A stretch of 64,000 nt of DNA, from NCBI GenBank assembly GCA_963623925.1, contig CAVFNN010000002.1, positions 78,247 to 142,246 on the forward strand, written 5' to 3'. Each line of letters begins with the position of its first letter. Position 1 is the stretch's first letter. This stretch comes from a bacterium (lineage in GTDB: Bacteria; Bacillota; Clostridia; Lachnospirales; Lachnospiraceae). A program made the translations under genes and the position numbers. Below are positions 47,146 to 59,566 of this stretch, in pieces. The notes under the pieces were generated by a model. It saw only the letters and a program-made list of their open reading frames with translations, was not told the origin of the DNA and did not search any database.

Positions 47146-48984
47146 ATGTGCGGAATTGTAGGTTTTGTTGGTCAGGGGCAGGCGGCACCCATTCTTCTGG
47201 ATGGTCTTTCGAAGCTGGAGTACCGGGGCTATGACTCAGCGGGCATTGCGGTGCGCAACGGCAGCGATGCCATTCAGGTGGTGAAGGCCATGGGACGGCT
47301 TAAGAATCTGTCGGAGAAGACAGCGGGCGGTCATGCCGTCAAGGGAAGCTGCGGTATTGGCCATACTCGTTGGGCAACCCACGGTGAGCCTTCTGAAAAC
47401 AATGCCCATCCCCATGTGGCCATGGGCGGTGCTGTTGTTGCTGTGCACAACGGCATCATTGAAAACTATCAGGAACTGAAGGAAAAGCTGGGACGCCACG
47501 GCTATCAGTTCTATTCACAGACCGACACAGAAATTGCGGTCAATCTCATTGACTATTATTATAAGAAGACAGAGAAGAATCCGGTAGAAGCGCTGTCCCG
47601 GGCCATGATGCGGATCCGGGGTTCCTATGCTCTGGCCGTATTGTTCATGGATTTCCCGGAGGCCATCTATGCGGCCCGGAAGGATAGCCCCATGATCCTC
47701 GGCATTTCCGGTGCGGACAGCTTCCTGGCTTCCGATGTACCGGCCATTCTGAAGTATACGCGTAATGTCTACTATATCGGCAATCTGGAAATCGCCAAGC
47801 TTACCGGCGGTGCCGTGTCCTTCTACAACATTGACCAGGAACCCATTGAGAAGGAGCTGGTGGAGATTGAGATGGATGCTGAAGCAGCGGAAAAGGGCGG
47901 CTATGAGCACTTCATGATGAAGGAGATCCACGAGCAGCCGAAGGCCGTGAGAGATACGCTGCATTCGGTATTGAAGGATGAAAGCATTAACCTCAGCGCG
48001 ATGGGACTGGACGAGGAGACCCTGCGGGGCATTTCACAGATCTATGTGGTGGCCTGCGGCAGCGCCTATCATGTGGGCATGGTGATGCAATATGTGATTG
48101 AGGGACTGGCCCGGATCCCGGTGCGGGTGGAGCTGGCGTCAGAGTTCCGCTATCGGAATCCCATCCTGGATCCGGCAGGGCTCGTGGTGATTGTCAGCCA
48201 GTCCGGGGAGACCGCAGATTCGCTGGCAGCGCTTCGGGAAGCAAAGCAGAGAGGCCTGAAGACGCTGGGCATCGTGAATGTGGTGGGTTCCTCCATTGCC
48301 CGGGAAGCAGACCATGTGTTCTATACGCTGGCGGGCCCGGAAATCGCTGTGGCCACCACCAAGGCCTACAGCACCCAGCTGATTGCGGGCTATGCCCTGG
48401 CACTGGAACTTGCCCGGGTACGGAACACCATCACGGAACAGAAGTATCGTGAGCTGATCCGTGAGTTGGAGAGCATCCCGGAGAAGATCGAGACCATCCT
48501 GAAGGACAAGGAGCGGATCCAGTGGTTTGCCGCAAAGCACGCCAATGCCCAGGACGTGTTCTTCATCGGAAGAGGCATCGACTATGCCATCGGTCTGGAG
48601 GGGTCTCTTAAGCTGAAGGAGATCAGCTACATTCATTCCGAAGCCTATGCGGCGGGTGAACTGAAGCACGGCACCATCAGCCTGATTGAAAAAGGTACTT
48701 TGGTGGTGGGCATCCTGACCCAGCCGGAGCTCTTTGAGAAGACGGTGTCCAACATGGTGGAGGTGAAGAGCCGCGGTGGCTTCCTGATGGCCCTCACCAG
48801 CAGCGGCAACTATAATATAGAAGATACGGCAAATTTCACCGTCTATGTGCCTGCGGCAGATCCGTACTTTGCCACCAGTCTGGCAGTGATCCCGCTGCAG
48901 CTTCTGGCCTACTATGTCAGCGTGGCTAAGGGCCTTGATGTGGACAAACCTCGGAACCTTGCAAAGTCTGTAACAGTTGAATAA
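47146..48984 (+). CDS. glmS: Glutamine--fructose-6-phosphate transaminase (isomerizing)
   Basis: MCGIVG, LEYRGYDSAG, GHTRWATHG, SQSGETAD, C-terminal DKPRNLAKSVTVE. Confidence 0.98.
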   Translation: MCGIVGFVGQGQAAPILLDGLSKLEYRGYDSAGIAVRNGSDAIQVVKAMGRLKNLSEKTAGGHAVKGSCGIGHTRWATHGEPSENNAHPHVAMGGAVVAVHNGIIENYQELKEKLGRHGYQFYSQTDTEIAVNLIDYYYKKTEKNPVEALSRAMMRIRGSYALAVLFMDFPEAIYAARKDSPMILGISGADSFLASDVPAILKYTRNVYYIGNLEIAKLTGGAVSFYNIDQEPIEKELVEIEMDAEAAEKGGYEHFMMKEIHEQPKAVRDTLHSVLKDESINLSAMGLDEETLRGISQIYVVACGSAYHVGMVMQYVIEGLARIPVRVELASEFRYRNPILDPAGLVVIVSQSGETADSLAALREAKQRGLKTLGIVNVVGSSIAREADHVFYTLAGPEIAVATTKAYSTQLIAGYALALELARVRNTITEQKYRELIRELESIPEKIETILKDKERIQWFAAKHANAQDVFFIGRGIDYAIGLEGSLKLKEISYIHSEAYAAGELKHGTISLIEKGTLVVGILTQPELFEKTVSNMVEVKSRGGFLMALTSSGNYNIEDTANFTVYVPAADPYFATSLAVIPLQLLAYYVSVAKGLDVDKPRNLAKSVTVE

Positions 48985-49050
48985 ATTGCTATAGGTATTC
49001 CGAAATGGCTTGTATTGATTGAACATATGAAATTGTACTGATATTTGTAC

Positions 49051-49079
49051 AAAATAGCGCCCTTCGGGGCGCTTTTTTT
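49051..49079 (+). terminator. Intrinsic terminator of glmS
   Basis: AGCGCCC-TTCG-GGGCGCT followed by a T-tract. Confidence 0.85.
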
Positions 49080-49199
49080 ATAAGGTTTTGTGGGAATTGT
49101 ATAAGAAAAATGTTCGTTAAATGATTATCATCCCTTTATTTTGCGTAAAGAATTCGTTATAATACGGTGTAGTCTATTGATAAACAGGAGGTATACAAA

Positions 49200-50576
49200 A
49201 TGGGGGTATCCACTTTCAAGGGTGGCGTCCATCCCTATGACGGCAAAGAGCTGGCGAAGGATCAGGCAATCGTCGAGCTGAAGCCGCAGGGACTTATGGT
49301 ATATCCGCTGTCTCAGCACATCGGTGCACCTGCAAAGCCCATCGTGGCCAAGGGTGACCATGTTCTGGTAGGTCAGAAGATCGCAGAGGCGGGGGGCTTT
49401 ATTTCTGCACCCGTTCTTTCTGCCGTTTCCGGTACCGTAAAGGGAATCGAGAAGCGTCTGACAGCCGGCGGAGCAATGATGGATGCCATTGTTGTTGAAA
49501 ATGATCAGCAGTATGATGCGATCCCGGGCTTTGGTGAGCCGAGAGACTACACCAAGCTCACAAGGGATGAGATTGTCAACATCGTAAAGGAGGCAGGAAT
49601 CGTCGGACTCGGCGGTGCGGGCTTCCCCACCAATGTGAAGCTCATGCCGAAGAACATCGACAAGATTGATCATTTCTTAGTGAACGGCGCGGAGTGCGAG
49701 CCGTATCTCACATCTGATTACAGAGACATGATCGAGACACCGGATGAAATCATCGGGGGTCTCAAGGTTGTGCTGTCCATTTTTCCGAATGCCAAGGGAA
49801 TCATCTGCATTGAGGACAACAAGCCGGATGCGATCCAGAAGCTCACAGAGCTCTGCAAGAACGAAGAGCGGATTTCTGTGGCGGCCCTGAAGACCAAGTA
49901 TCCCCAGGGTGGTGAGCGTCAGCTGATCTATGCCGTAACCGGCAGAAAGATCAATTCTTCCATGCTGCCGGCGGATGCTGGTGTCGTGGTGGACAATGCC
50001 GATACCCTGGTGGCCATTTATGAGGCTGTCTGCCTGCAGAAGCCGCTGGTCAGAAAGATTCTGACCGTGACCGGCGATGCGGTGGTGAAGCCGGGAAATT
50101 TCAAGGTTCCTCTCGGAACAAATTACCAGGAAATCGTGGCCGCTGCCGGCGGCTTCAAGGCAGATCCGGAGAAGATCATTTCCGGTGGTCCTATGATGGG
50201 TATTCCCATGTTCAAGCTGGATGTTCCTCTGGTGAAGAATTCCAGCTCTATTCTGGCGTTTTTGCATGATCCGGTATCTGCACAGCCCACCACAGCCTGC
50301 ATCAACTGCGGCCGCTGCGTGAGTGCATGCCCGGAGAATCTGATCCCCACAATGCTGATGAAGGCAGCGCTGCACAAAAACACAGCGGATTTTGCCAGCC
50401 TTCAGGGTATGGAGTGTATCGAGTGCGGTTGCTGCGCCTATGCATGTCCCGCTAAGCGTCCTTTGACTCAGGGCTTCAAAATGATGAAGCGCCTCGTGGG
50501 TGCGGAGAGACGTGCCGCTGCCGCTAAGGCAAAGGCCCAGGAAGAAGCCAAGAAGAATGAGGAGGTAAAGAAATGA
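49200..50576 (+). CDS. rnfC: Rnf complex subunit C
   Basis: FKGGVHP, QHIGAP, GLGGAGFPT, NGAECEPYLTSD, GGPMMG, CINCGRC..CP, CIECGCC..CP. Confidence 0.96.
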   Translation: MGVSTFKGGVHPYDGKELAKDQAIVELKPQGLMVYPLSQHIGAPAKPIVAKGDHVLVGQKIAEAGGFISAPVLSAVSGTVKGIEKRLTAGGAMMDAIVVENDQQYDAIPGFGEPRDYTKLTRDEIVNIVKEAGIVGLGGAGFPTNVKLMPKNIDKIDHFLVNGAECEPYLTSDYRDMIETPDEIIGGLKVVLSIFPNAKGIICIEDNKPDAIQKLTELCKNEERISVAALKTKYPQGGERQLIYAVTGRKINSSMLPADAGVVVDNADTLVAIYEAVCLQKPLVRKILTVTGDAVVKPGNFKVPLGTNYQEIVAAAGGFKADPEKIISGGPMMGIPMFKLDVPLVKNSSSILAFLHDPVSAQPTTACINCGRCVSACPENLIPTMLMKAALHKNTADFASLQGMECIECGCCAYACPAKRPLTQGFKMMKRLVGAERRAAAAKAKAQEEAKKNEEVKK

Positions 50577-51517
50577 GTAAAATGCTGAATCTCTCTGCCA
50601 ATCCTCATGTTCGCGACGACATTACCACATCCGCCATCATGAGAGATGTGGTGATTGCCATGATTCCGACAGCCCTGTACGGCATTGCCCAGTGGGGATT
50701 TAATGCTGCGCTGGTGGTGATCTTGACCACACTGGCTGCCGTTCTGGCGGAGTTTGTTTATGAGAAGCTGATGAAGCTGCCCATCACCGTGGGTGATTTC
50801 TCTGCAGCAGTCACCGGTCTGATTCTGGCATTGAACTGCCCGCCGGATATCCCGGTATGGATTCCGGTGCTGGGCGCTTTCTTTGCCATCATCGTGGTAA
50901 AGCAGCTGTACGGCGGTCTGGGCTGCAACTTCATGAACCCGGCCCTGGCAGCTCGTTGTTTCCTGCTGATTTCCTTTGCCGGCAAGATGACCAGCTTTAC
51001 CGGTGTGGGTGTGGATGCCACATCCTCTGCAACACCGCTGGCGTTGATGAAGACAGCCGGAGAAAGACAGGAGCTTCTGGATATGTTCCTGGGCAGAATT
51101 CCGGGCACCATCGGTGAGGTTTCCAAGATCTGTCTTTTGATTGGTGCGCTGTATCTCATTGTGCGGAAGGTGATCTCTCCGAAGATTCCGCTGATCTACA
51201 TTGCGACAGTGGCTGTGTTCACCCTGATCTTCGGCGGCAGAGGCTTCGACCTTTATTATGTTGCCTGCGAGATCTGCGGCGGTGGTTTGATTTTTGGTGC
51301 CTTCTTCATGGCAACCGATTATGTAACATCTCCGATCACACCCAACGGACAGATCGTGTTCGCAATTGTGCTCGGCCTTTTGACTGGAATTTTCAGATTG
51401 TTCGGCGGTTCGGCTGAGGGCGTTTCCTATGCCATCATCCTCACCAATATTCTGGTACCGACCATCAATAAGATGACCATTCCCAAGGCATTCGGAAGGG
51501 AGGGCGAGAAGAAATGA
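50573..51517 (+). CDS. rnfD: Rnf complex subunit D
   Basis: KQLYGGLG.NFMNPA, SATPL flavinylation motif, FMATDYVTSP, EGVSYAI. Confidence 0.95.
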   Translation: MSKMLNLSANPHVRDDITTSAIMRDVVIAMIPTALYGIAQWGFNAALVVILTTLAAVLAEFVYEKLMKLPITVGDFSAAVTGLILALNCPPDIPVWIPVLGAFFAIIVVKQLYGGLGCNFMNPALAARCFLLISFAGKMTSFTGVGVDATSSATPLALMKTAGERQELLDMFLGRIPGTIGEVSKICLLIGALYLIVRKVISPKIPLIYIATVAVFTLIFGGRGFDLYYVACEICGGGLIFGAFFMATDYVTSPITPNGQIVFAIVLGLLTGIFRLFGGSAEGVSYAIILTNILVPTINKMTIPKAFGREGEKK

Positions 51518-52125
51518 AGCAGGATTCTTTCGTAAAGGACGCCCTGGTACTGACCGGTATCACACTGGTTTCCGGTCTCCTTCTGGGCGGTGTCTATGGC
51601 ATGACCAAGGACACCATTGAAGCGGCAAACAATGCCTCCACTATCGCTTCCTATCAGGAGGTTATGGCGGCCAGCGAATACGACGACGATACCTATGCGG
51701 CCGTGCTCGATCAGGCCAATGCTGACGGCACCATCGGTGCGGACAACGGCGGCGCAAAGCTGATTTCCATCGTGGCCGCGAAGGACGAGAGCGGCGCGGA
51801 GATTGGCTACATTGTTAAGGGCTCCTGTGCAGGCTACGGCGGTGACGTAGTTGTCGTTGTGGGTGTAAATCCGGATCTCACAGTGTCCGGCATTTCCTTC
51901 CCGGAGACGCTTCCGGAGACGGCAGGTCTCGGTCAGAAGGCCACAGAGCCGGATTTTTACGAGCAGTTTGCCGGTAAGGGCATGCACCTTTCTGTTGTGA
52001 AGACCGGCGCAGCCGGAGAAGATGAGATCGACGCCATTTCCGGTGCCACCATCACCTCCACAGCCGTTACCAATACGGTCAATGCGGCAACAGACTTCGT
52101 TTCGCAGTACGTTGAAAATAACTGA
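51514..52125 (+). CDS. rnfG: Rnf complex subunit G
   Basis: N-terminal TM, GYGG, ETAGLG, DAISGATITS FMN site. Confidence 0.93.
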   Translation: MKQDSFVKDALVLTGITLVSGLLLGGVYGMTKDTIEAANNASTIASYQEVMAASEYDDDTYAAVLDQANADGTIGADNGGAKLISIVAAKDESGAEIGYIVKGSCAGYGGDVVVVVGVNPDLTVSGISFPETLPETAGLGQKATEPDFYEQFAGKGMHLSVVKTGAAGEDEIDAISGATITSTAVTNTVNAATDFVSQYVENN

Positions 52126-52139
52126 GGAGGCCGAGATAA

Positions 52140-52838
52140 ATGAATAAGTATTTAGAAAGAATTTATAACGGCATCATCAAGGAAAACCCCACCTTCATCA
52201 TCATGCTGGGTATGTGTCCGACTCTGGCCACCACCACCAGCGCCATCAATGGTCTGGGCATGGGACTTTCCACCACTGCCGTTCTGATGTTCTCAAACAT
52301 GCTGATTTCAGCACTGCGCCGGGTGATTCCGGAGCGCATGAGACTGCCGGGCGAGATCGTGATCGTTGCATCCCTGGTGACCATTGTACAGCTCCTGATT
52401 CAGGCCTATGTGCCGGCACTGTATTCTGCACTGGGCATCTACATTCCGCTGATCGTGGTAAACTGTATCATCCTTGGCCGTGCGGAGTCCTATGCACTGT
52501 TCAACACACCGGTACTGTCCTTCTGCGACGGTCTGGGCATGGGTCTCGGATTCTCTATGGCACTGACCATCATCGGCGCTGTGCGTGAACTCCTCGGCTC
52601 TGGCTGCATCTTCGGTTTCCGTCTGATTCCGGAGGCTTACAGCATTAGCATTTTCGTACTCGCACCGGGCGCATTCCTGGTACTCGCCGTACTGACAGCC
52701 ATTCAGAACAAGCTGAAGCTGCCTTCCGCAACCAACGGCGACGCACCGCAGGATTTCGTCTGCAGCGGCAACTGCATGGGCTGCTTCTCAGATTGTCAGA
52801 CAGAAGAGAAAAAAGCTCCTGAGAAGAAGGAGGCCTGA
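52140..52838 (+). CDS. rnfE: Rnf complex subunit E
   Basis: ENP..LGMCPTLA, PLIVVNCIILGRAE, RELLGSG, LAPGAF. Confidence 0.95.
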   Translation: MNKYLERIYNGIIKENPTFIIMLGMCPTLATTTSAINGLGMGLSTTAVLMFSNMLISALRRVIPERMRLPGEIVIVASLVTIVQLLIQAYVPALYSALGIYIPLIVVNCIILGRAESYALFNTPVLSFCDGLGMGLGFSMALTIIGAVRELLGSGCIFGFRLIPEAYSISIFVLAPGAFLVLAVLTAIQNKLKLPSATNGDAPQDFVCSGNCMGCFSDCQTEEKKAPEKKEA

Positions 52839-52840
52839 GC

Positions 52841-53455
52841 ATGCTGAATTTATTATTGATTGCCATTAAGTATTCCCTTGTCAGCAACGTTGTGCTGTCC
52901 CAGTTCCTGGGTATCTGCCCCTTCCTCGGTGTTTCGAAGAAGACAGAGTCCAGTAAGGGTATGGGCGCAGCCGTTATCTTCGTTATTGCCATCGCCTCTG
53001 TGGTGACCCATGCCATTTATGTGGTTTTCCTCAAGACGACGAGCCCGCTGTGCACCGCCCTTGGCCTGAAGGATGGTCTGGAATTCCTGAACACCATCGT
53101 GTTCATTCTGGTCATTGCGTCGCTGGTGCAGTTTGTAGAGATGTTCATGAAGAAGAGCATGCCGGCGCTCTATGAGTCCCTGGGCGTGTATCTGCCCCTC
53201 ATCACCACAAACTGTGCTGTGCTGGGTGTTGCCCTGAACAATGTAACCTACGGCTATAATTTCGTGGAGTGCCTGGTCTATGGCCTTGGCATTTCCTTCG
53301 GTTTTGCACTTGCAATGATCTTGATGGCCACCATCCGGGAGAACATCATTGAGGGCAACGATCACATTCCTCATTCATTCCAGGGATCTCCGATCGTCCT
53401 CATCACAGCAAGTCTTATGGCCATTGCATTTTTCGGATTCAGCGGCTTGATCTAA
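52841..53455 (+). CDS. rnfA: Rnf complex subunit A
   Basis: NVVLSQFLGICPFLGVS, FILVIASLVQ, LPLITTNCAVLG. Confidence 0.95.
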   Translation: MLNLLLIAIKYSLVSNVVLSQFLGICPFLGVSKKTESSKGMGAAVIFVIAIASVVTHAIYVVFLKTTSPLCTALGLKDGLEFLNTIVFILVIASLVQFVEMFMKKSMPALYESLGVYLPLITTNCAVLGVALNNVTYGYNFVECLVYGLGISFGFALAMILMATIRENIIEGNDHIPHSFQGSPIVLITASLMAIAFFGFSGLI

Positions 53456-53466
53456 GGAGGTAAGCG

Positions 53467-54381
53467 ATGATTGGAACAATCGTTATTGTCGCTGCCGTCA
53501 TGGTCGGCGCGACCGGATTGATCCTCGGCCTCTTCCTCGGTGTGGCTTCCGAGAAATTCAAGGTTGAGGTGGATGAGAAGGAGGCGCAGGTTCGTGCCGC
53601 GCTTCCCGGAAACAACTGTGGTGCCTGCGGATTCCCCGGATGTGACGGCTGTGCGAAGGCCATCGCCCAGGGCGAGGCACCGGTGAACCAGTGTCCCGTA
53701 GGCGGCGCTGCGGCGGCAGAAAAGATCGCGTCCATTATGGGTGCGGATAATGTCGGCGCTACCGAGAAGAAGGTAGCGTTCGTCAGATGTCAGGGCTCCT
53801 GTGACAAGGCAAAGCAGACCTACAGCTACACCGGTATTGCAGACTGTACAGAGCTTTCTGTGGTGCCCAACGGCTCCGAGAAGGAATGTCCTTATTCCTG
53901 CTGCGGCTACGGTACCTGTGTGAAGGCATGTAAGTTTGATGCCATCCATATCGTAAACGGCGTGGCCGTTGTGGATAAGGAGAAGTGCGCCGGCTGCGGT
54001 GCCTGCAGCAAGGCCTGCCCGAAGCATATCATTGATATGGTTCCGGCAAAGAAGAAGCACATCGTGGCTTGCCAGAACCATCTGAAGGGCAAGCAGGTGA
54101 AGGATGCCTGCGCCGTTGGCTGTATCGCCTGCGGTATGTGTGAGCGTACCTGTAAGCTCGACGGTATTCATATCGTGGACAATCTGGCCGTGATGAATGA
54201 GAACTGTAAGGACTGTGGTCTTTGTGCCCAGAAGTGTCCGACCGGTGCCATCACTGGCAAGCGTCCGGTAAAACCGGCAGCGCCGAAGCCCGCAGCAGCA
54301 CCTGCACCGGCAGCTCCCGCTGCGCCGAAGGCAGAGGGAAAACCGGCAGAAGAGGTGAAACCGGCTGAAAAGGAAGCATAA
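53467..54381 (+). CDS. rnfB: Rnf complex subunit B
   Basis: LPGNNCGACGFPGC, several CxxCxxCxxxC ferredoxin motifs, Pro/Ala-rich tail. Confidence 0.95.
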   Translation: MIGTIVIVAAVMVGATGLILGLFLGVASEKFKVEVDEKEAQVRAALPGNNCGACGFPGCDGCAKAIAQGEAPVNQCPVGGAAAAEKIASIMGADNVGATEKKVAFVRCQGSCDKAKQTYSYTGIADCTELSVVPNGSEKECPYSCCGYGTCVKACKFDAIHIVNGVAVVDKEKCAGCGACSKACPKHIIDMVPAKKKHIVACQNHLKGKQVKDACAVGCIACGMCERTCKLDGIHIVDNLAVMNENCKDCGLCAQKCPTGAITGKRPVKPAAPKPAAAPAPAAPAAPKAEGKPAEEVKPAEKEA

Positions 54382-54432
54382 ATTTCTGATTTGCTGTATA
54401 CAAAAAATAAATATCCTTTTCAAAAAATGATG

Positions 54433-54470
54433 AAGGAGGCTATGGCATTTTTGCTGTGGCCTCCTTTTTT
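54433..54470 (+). terminator. Intrinsic terminator of the rnf operon
   Basis: AAGGAGGCTATGGCA...TGCTGTGGCCTCCTT followed by a T-tract. Confidence 0.75.
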
Positions 54471-54660
54471 CTTACTTATTTTTTGAATTCAAACAATGCT
54501 TTTGTTCACTAAGTTATGGGTTAGCAATAGCTAATTTGGCCTTTATTGTGCGTTTTTGTTGAAACCTGTCTGTTTTTGTACCTAAAAAATTTTTAGGTAC
54601 CATGTATCGAAATGACAGAATACAGCGAAGATGTATTGGTGAATGTGCACGAAAGTCGAG

Positions 54661-54689
54661 TTGACAAAAAGATAACAATGCGATAGATT
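54661..54689 (+). promoter_or_regulatory. Putative sigma-A promoter of the V/A-ATPase operon
   Basis: TTGACA-17 bp-TAGATT. Confidence 0.6.
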
Positions 54690-54747
54690 CGAACTGTTAT
54701 CTAAAAAAAATTAAGACTCACTTGTCTTAAGAGAGGAGGTCGGAGAC

Positions 54748-55059
54748 TTGGCGAAGGAAACGATGGACAGGATTCGTGCCGCCGAGCAGGAGGCCGATGA
54801 AATGGTGCGGCAGGCATCGGAAGATGCCCAGAAGCTGGTGCAGCAGGCGAAGCAGAAGGCATCGGAGATCCGGGATGCTGCCGAGCGGGAAGCCCAGGCT
54901 TTGCTTTCGGAAAAGAAAGAGAAGGCTGAAAAAGATGGGCAGGCAGAGTTGGAGACAGCACTGAAACAGGCGGAAGGTGACTGCGCAACCCTGGCATTGC
55001 AGGCGCGGCAGCGGGAAGCCGAAGCGGTCCGTCAGGTGCTTGCATACCTGAAGCTCTAG
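54748..55059 (+). CDS. V/A-type ATPase peripheral-stalk subunit (G/H, NtpF-like)
   Basis: 103-aa Ala/Glu/Lys coiled coil, first gene of the operon; TTG start after GGAGG. Confidence 0.75.
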   Translation: MAKETMDRIRAAEQEADEMVRQASEDAQKLVQQAKQKASEIRDAAEREAQALLSEKKEKAEKDGQAELETALKQAEGDCATLALQARQREAEAVRQVLAYLKL

Positions 55060-55075
55060 GAAGGAGGTTTCTGCA

Positions 55076-57572
<2,497 letters not shown>

Positions 57573-57608
57573 ACGCGTGAGGGGATTTTTAGTATAAGGA
57601 GAAACGAA

Positions 57609-58211
57609 ATGTCGGGACTTGAAAAAATACTGAATGAAATTCACAGCGATGCCGAACGCGAGTCTCGTGAGATTCTGGAAAAGGCCCAGGCGGAGGAGAA
57701 GGACATCCTGGCCCGGGCAGAGAAGGAAGCCGCAGAGGTGAAGGCGGCCGCCCAGGAAAAAGGAAAGCAGCTTCTGGCTTCCCAGAGAGAACGGAGTCAG
57801 TCTGCTGCGGCACTGCGGGTGCGGCAGAGAATGCTGCGCGAGAAGCAGGCCCTGGTGCAGGAGACGCTTGCCCTGGCAGAGAAGCAGCTTCTGGAACGGC
57901 CGGCGGCAGAGTACTTCGGAAATCTGCTGTCGCTCCTAAAGGAAGCCGTGCAGTCGGGGAATGGCATACTATATCTTTCGGAGCGGGATCTCAAGAGACT
58001 GCCGGAGGGCTTTTCCGGGCAGATGGCGGCTGTCGCTGCAGCGAAGGGCGGCAGTCTGACGCTGGCTTCGGAACCCAGGAAGATCAACGGCGGCTTCATA
58101 CTGGAGTATGGCGGCATCGAGGAGAACTGCTCCTATGCGGCCATGTTCACAGCAGAGCGGGAGCGGCTGGAGGATATCATTTCCGCGCAGCTTTTCGCGG
58201 AATCAGAATAA
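57609..58211 (+). CDS. ntpE: V/A-type ATPase subunit E
   Basis: MSGLEKIL coiled coil, GGFILEYGGIEENCS; operon position. Confidence 0.9.
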   Translation: MSGLEKILNEIHSDAERESREILEKAQAEEKDILARAEKEAAEVKAAAQEKGKQLLASQRERSQSAAALRVRQRMLREKQALVQETLALAEKQLLERPAAEYFGNLLSLLKEAVQSGNGILYLSERDLKRLPEGFSGQMAAVAAAKGGSLTLASEPRKINGGFILEYGGIEENCSYAAMFTAERERLEDIISAQLFAESE

Positions 58212-58223
58212 GGAGGGATGCGG

Positions 58224-59195
58224 ATGGCAGCAAACAATTATGCCTATGCCGTGACGCGCATCCGTGTGAAAGAGAACACCCTGCTGACCGCAGGAGACAT
58301 GCAGCGTATGCTGGCGGCCATGGATGAGGGTGCCGTGCGGCAGATTCTCCGGGACAAGGGCTGGGAGGCAGCGCCTTCTATGGAAATGCAGTCGATCCTG
58401 CAAAAGGAAAAGGCCAAAACCTGGTCGCTCATGCGTGAACTCCTGAAGGAGGATATTCACAGACTGGATGTGTTCCTCTATGCGGATGACTACCTGAATC
58501 TGAAGTCAGCGGTGAAGGAAACGCGGCTCGAAAAGGAATATGACGGCATCTTTTCTGCCGGTGGCTCTATTCCGGCGGAGCAGATCCGCCAGGCGGTCAG
58601 CAAAAAACGCTTTGAGCTGCTGCCGGAGGAGATGGCAAAAGCAGCCCGGGAGGCACTGGATGTGTATCTTCGAACCGGAGACGGACAGCTTTCTGATATC
58701 CTACTGGATCGGGCGGCCCTCGACAGCATTTACTTGGCAGGGCAGAAGGCCCACTCGGAATTTTTAAAGCTGTATGCGGAAATTACGGTGGCCGGTGCAG
58801 ATCTGAAAATCGCATTGCGGGCCCAGCGTACGGGAAAGACGAAGGACTTTTATGAAAAGGCCATAGCAGAATGCGATACACTGGACAAGAAGGCATTGAT
58901 CGCAGCAGCCATGAGCGGAATCGATGCGCTTTCGGCATATCTGGAAAATACCTGCTACGCAGCGGGCGCGGAGAAGTTCCGCAGCTCCATGGCGGCCTTT
59001 GAGAAGTGGTGTGATGATCTTCTGATGGAGAAAATTCGTCCGCAGAAGTATCAGCCCTTCGGCATTGAGCCTCTGGCGGCCTACGTGCTGGCCCGGGAGA
59101 GCGAGATGAAATCGGTGCGCATCATTCTTTCCGGCAAGCTGAACCAGCTGCCGGCGGAGATCATTAAGGAAAGGATCAGGGAAACCTATGCATAA
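58224..59195 (+). CDS. ntpC: V/A-type ATPase subunit C (d)
   Basis: [31 protein letters not shown]. Confidence 0.92.
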   Translation: MAANNYAYAVTRIRVKENTLLTAGDMQRMLAAMDEGAVRQILRDKGWEAAPSMEMQSILQKEKAKTWSLMRELLKEDIHRLDVFLYADDYLNLKSAVKETRLEKEYDGIFSAGGSIPAEQIRQAVSKKRFELLPEEMAKAAREALDVYLRTGDGQLSDILLDRAALDSIYLAGQKAHSEFLKLYAEITVAGADLKIALRAQRTGKTKDFYEKAIAECDTLDKKALIAAAMSGIDALSAYLENTCYAAGAEKFRSSMAAFEKWCDDLLMEKIRPQKYQPFGIEPLAAYVLARESEMKSVRIILSGKLNQLPAEIIKERIRETYA

Positions 59196-59508
59196 GATTG
59201 CGGTGATGGGAGACAGAGATTCCATCTACGGCTTTGCCGCCCTTGGCATGGAACCGTTTCCCGTGACGGAGCGGGAAACCGCCGCCCGGACACTGCATCA
59301 GCTCTGTGAGGGCGGATATGCCGTGATTTATATGACGGAGAAGCTGGGAGACATGCTGGACAGAGAACTGCAGCATTACCGCTCCCAGGGGCTTCCGGCC
59401 ATCATATTGATTCCGGGTGTCAGCGGCAATACCGGAAATGGAATGAATGCAGTGAGACAGTCGGTGCTTCGGGCCGTGGGATCGGATATCCTGAGCGAGA
59501 AGAAGTGA
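59188..59508 (+). CDS. ntpG: V/A-type ATPase subunit F
   Basis: KIAVMGD.DSIYGF, PAIILIP, AVGSDI. Confidence 0.9.
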   Translation: MHKIAVMGDRDSIYGFAALGMEPFPVTERETAARTLHQLCEGGYAVIYMTEKLGDMLDRELQHYRSQGLPAIILIPGVSGNTGNGMNAVRQSVLRAVGSDILSEKK

Positions 59509-59566
59509 GACAAGACTGCGGAGCAAGAGAAAAGAGACTGCAGAAGCAGTCATGGAGGATAGTGGA

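Noticed and set aside
49114..49131. Rex operator upstream of rnf (TCGTTAAATGATTATCAT); similar TTGACAAAAAGATAACAA at 54661
   Set aside because: Three mismatches each to TTGTTAA-N4-TTAACAA in AT-rich DNA; plausible biologically but not supportable by eye.
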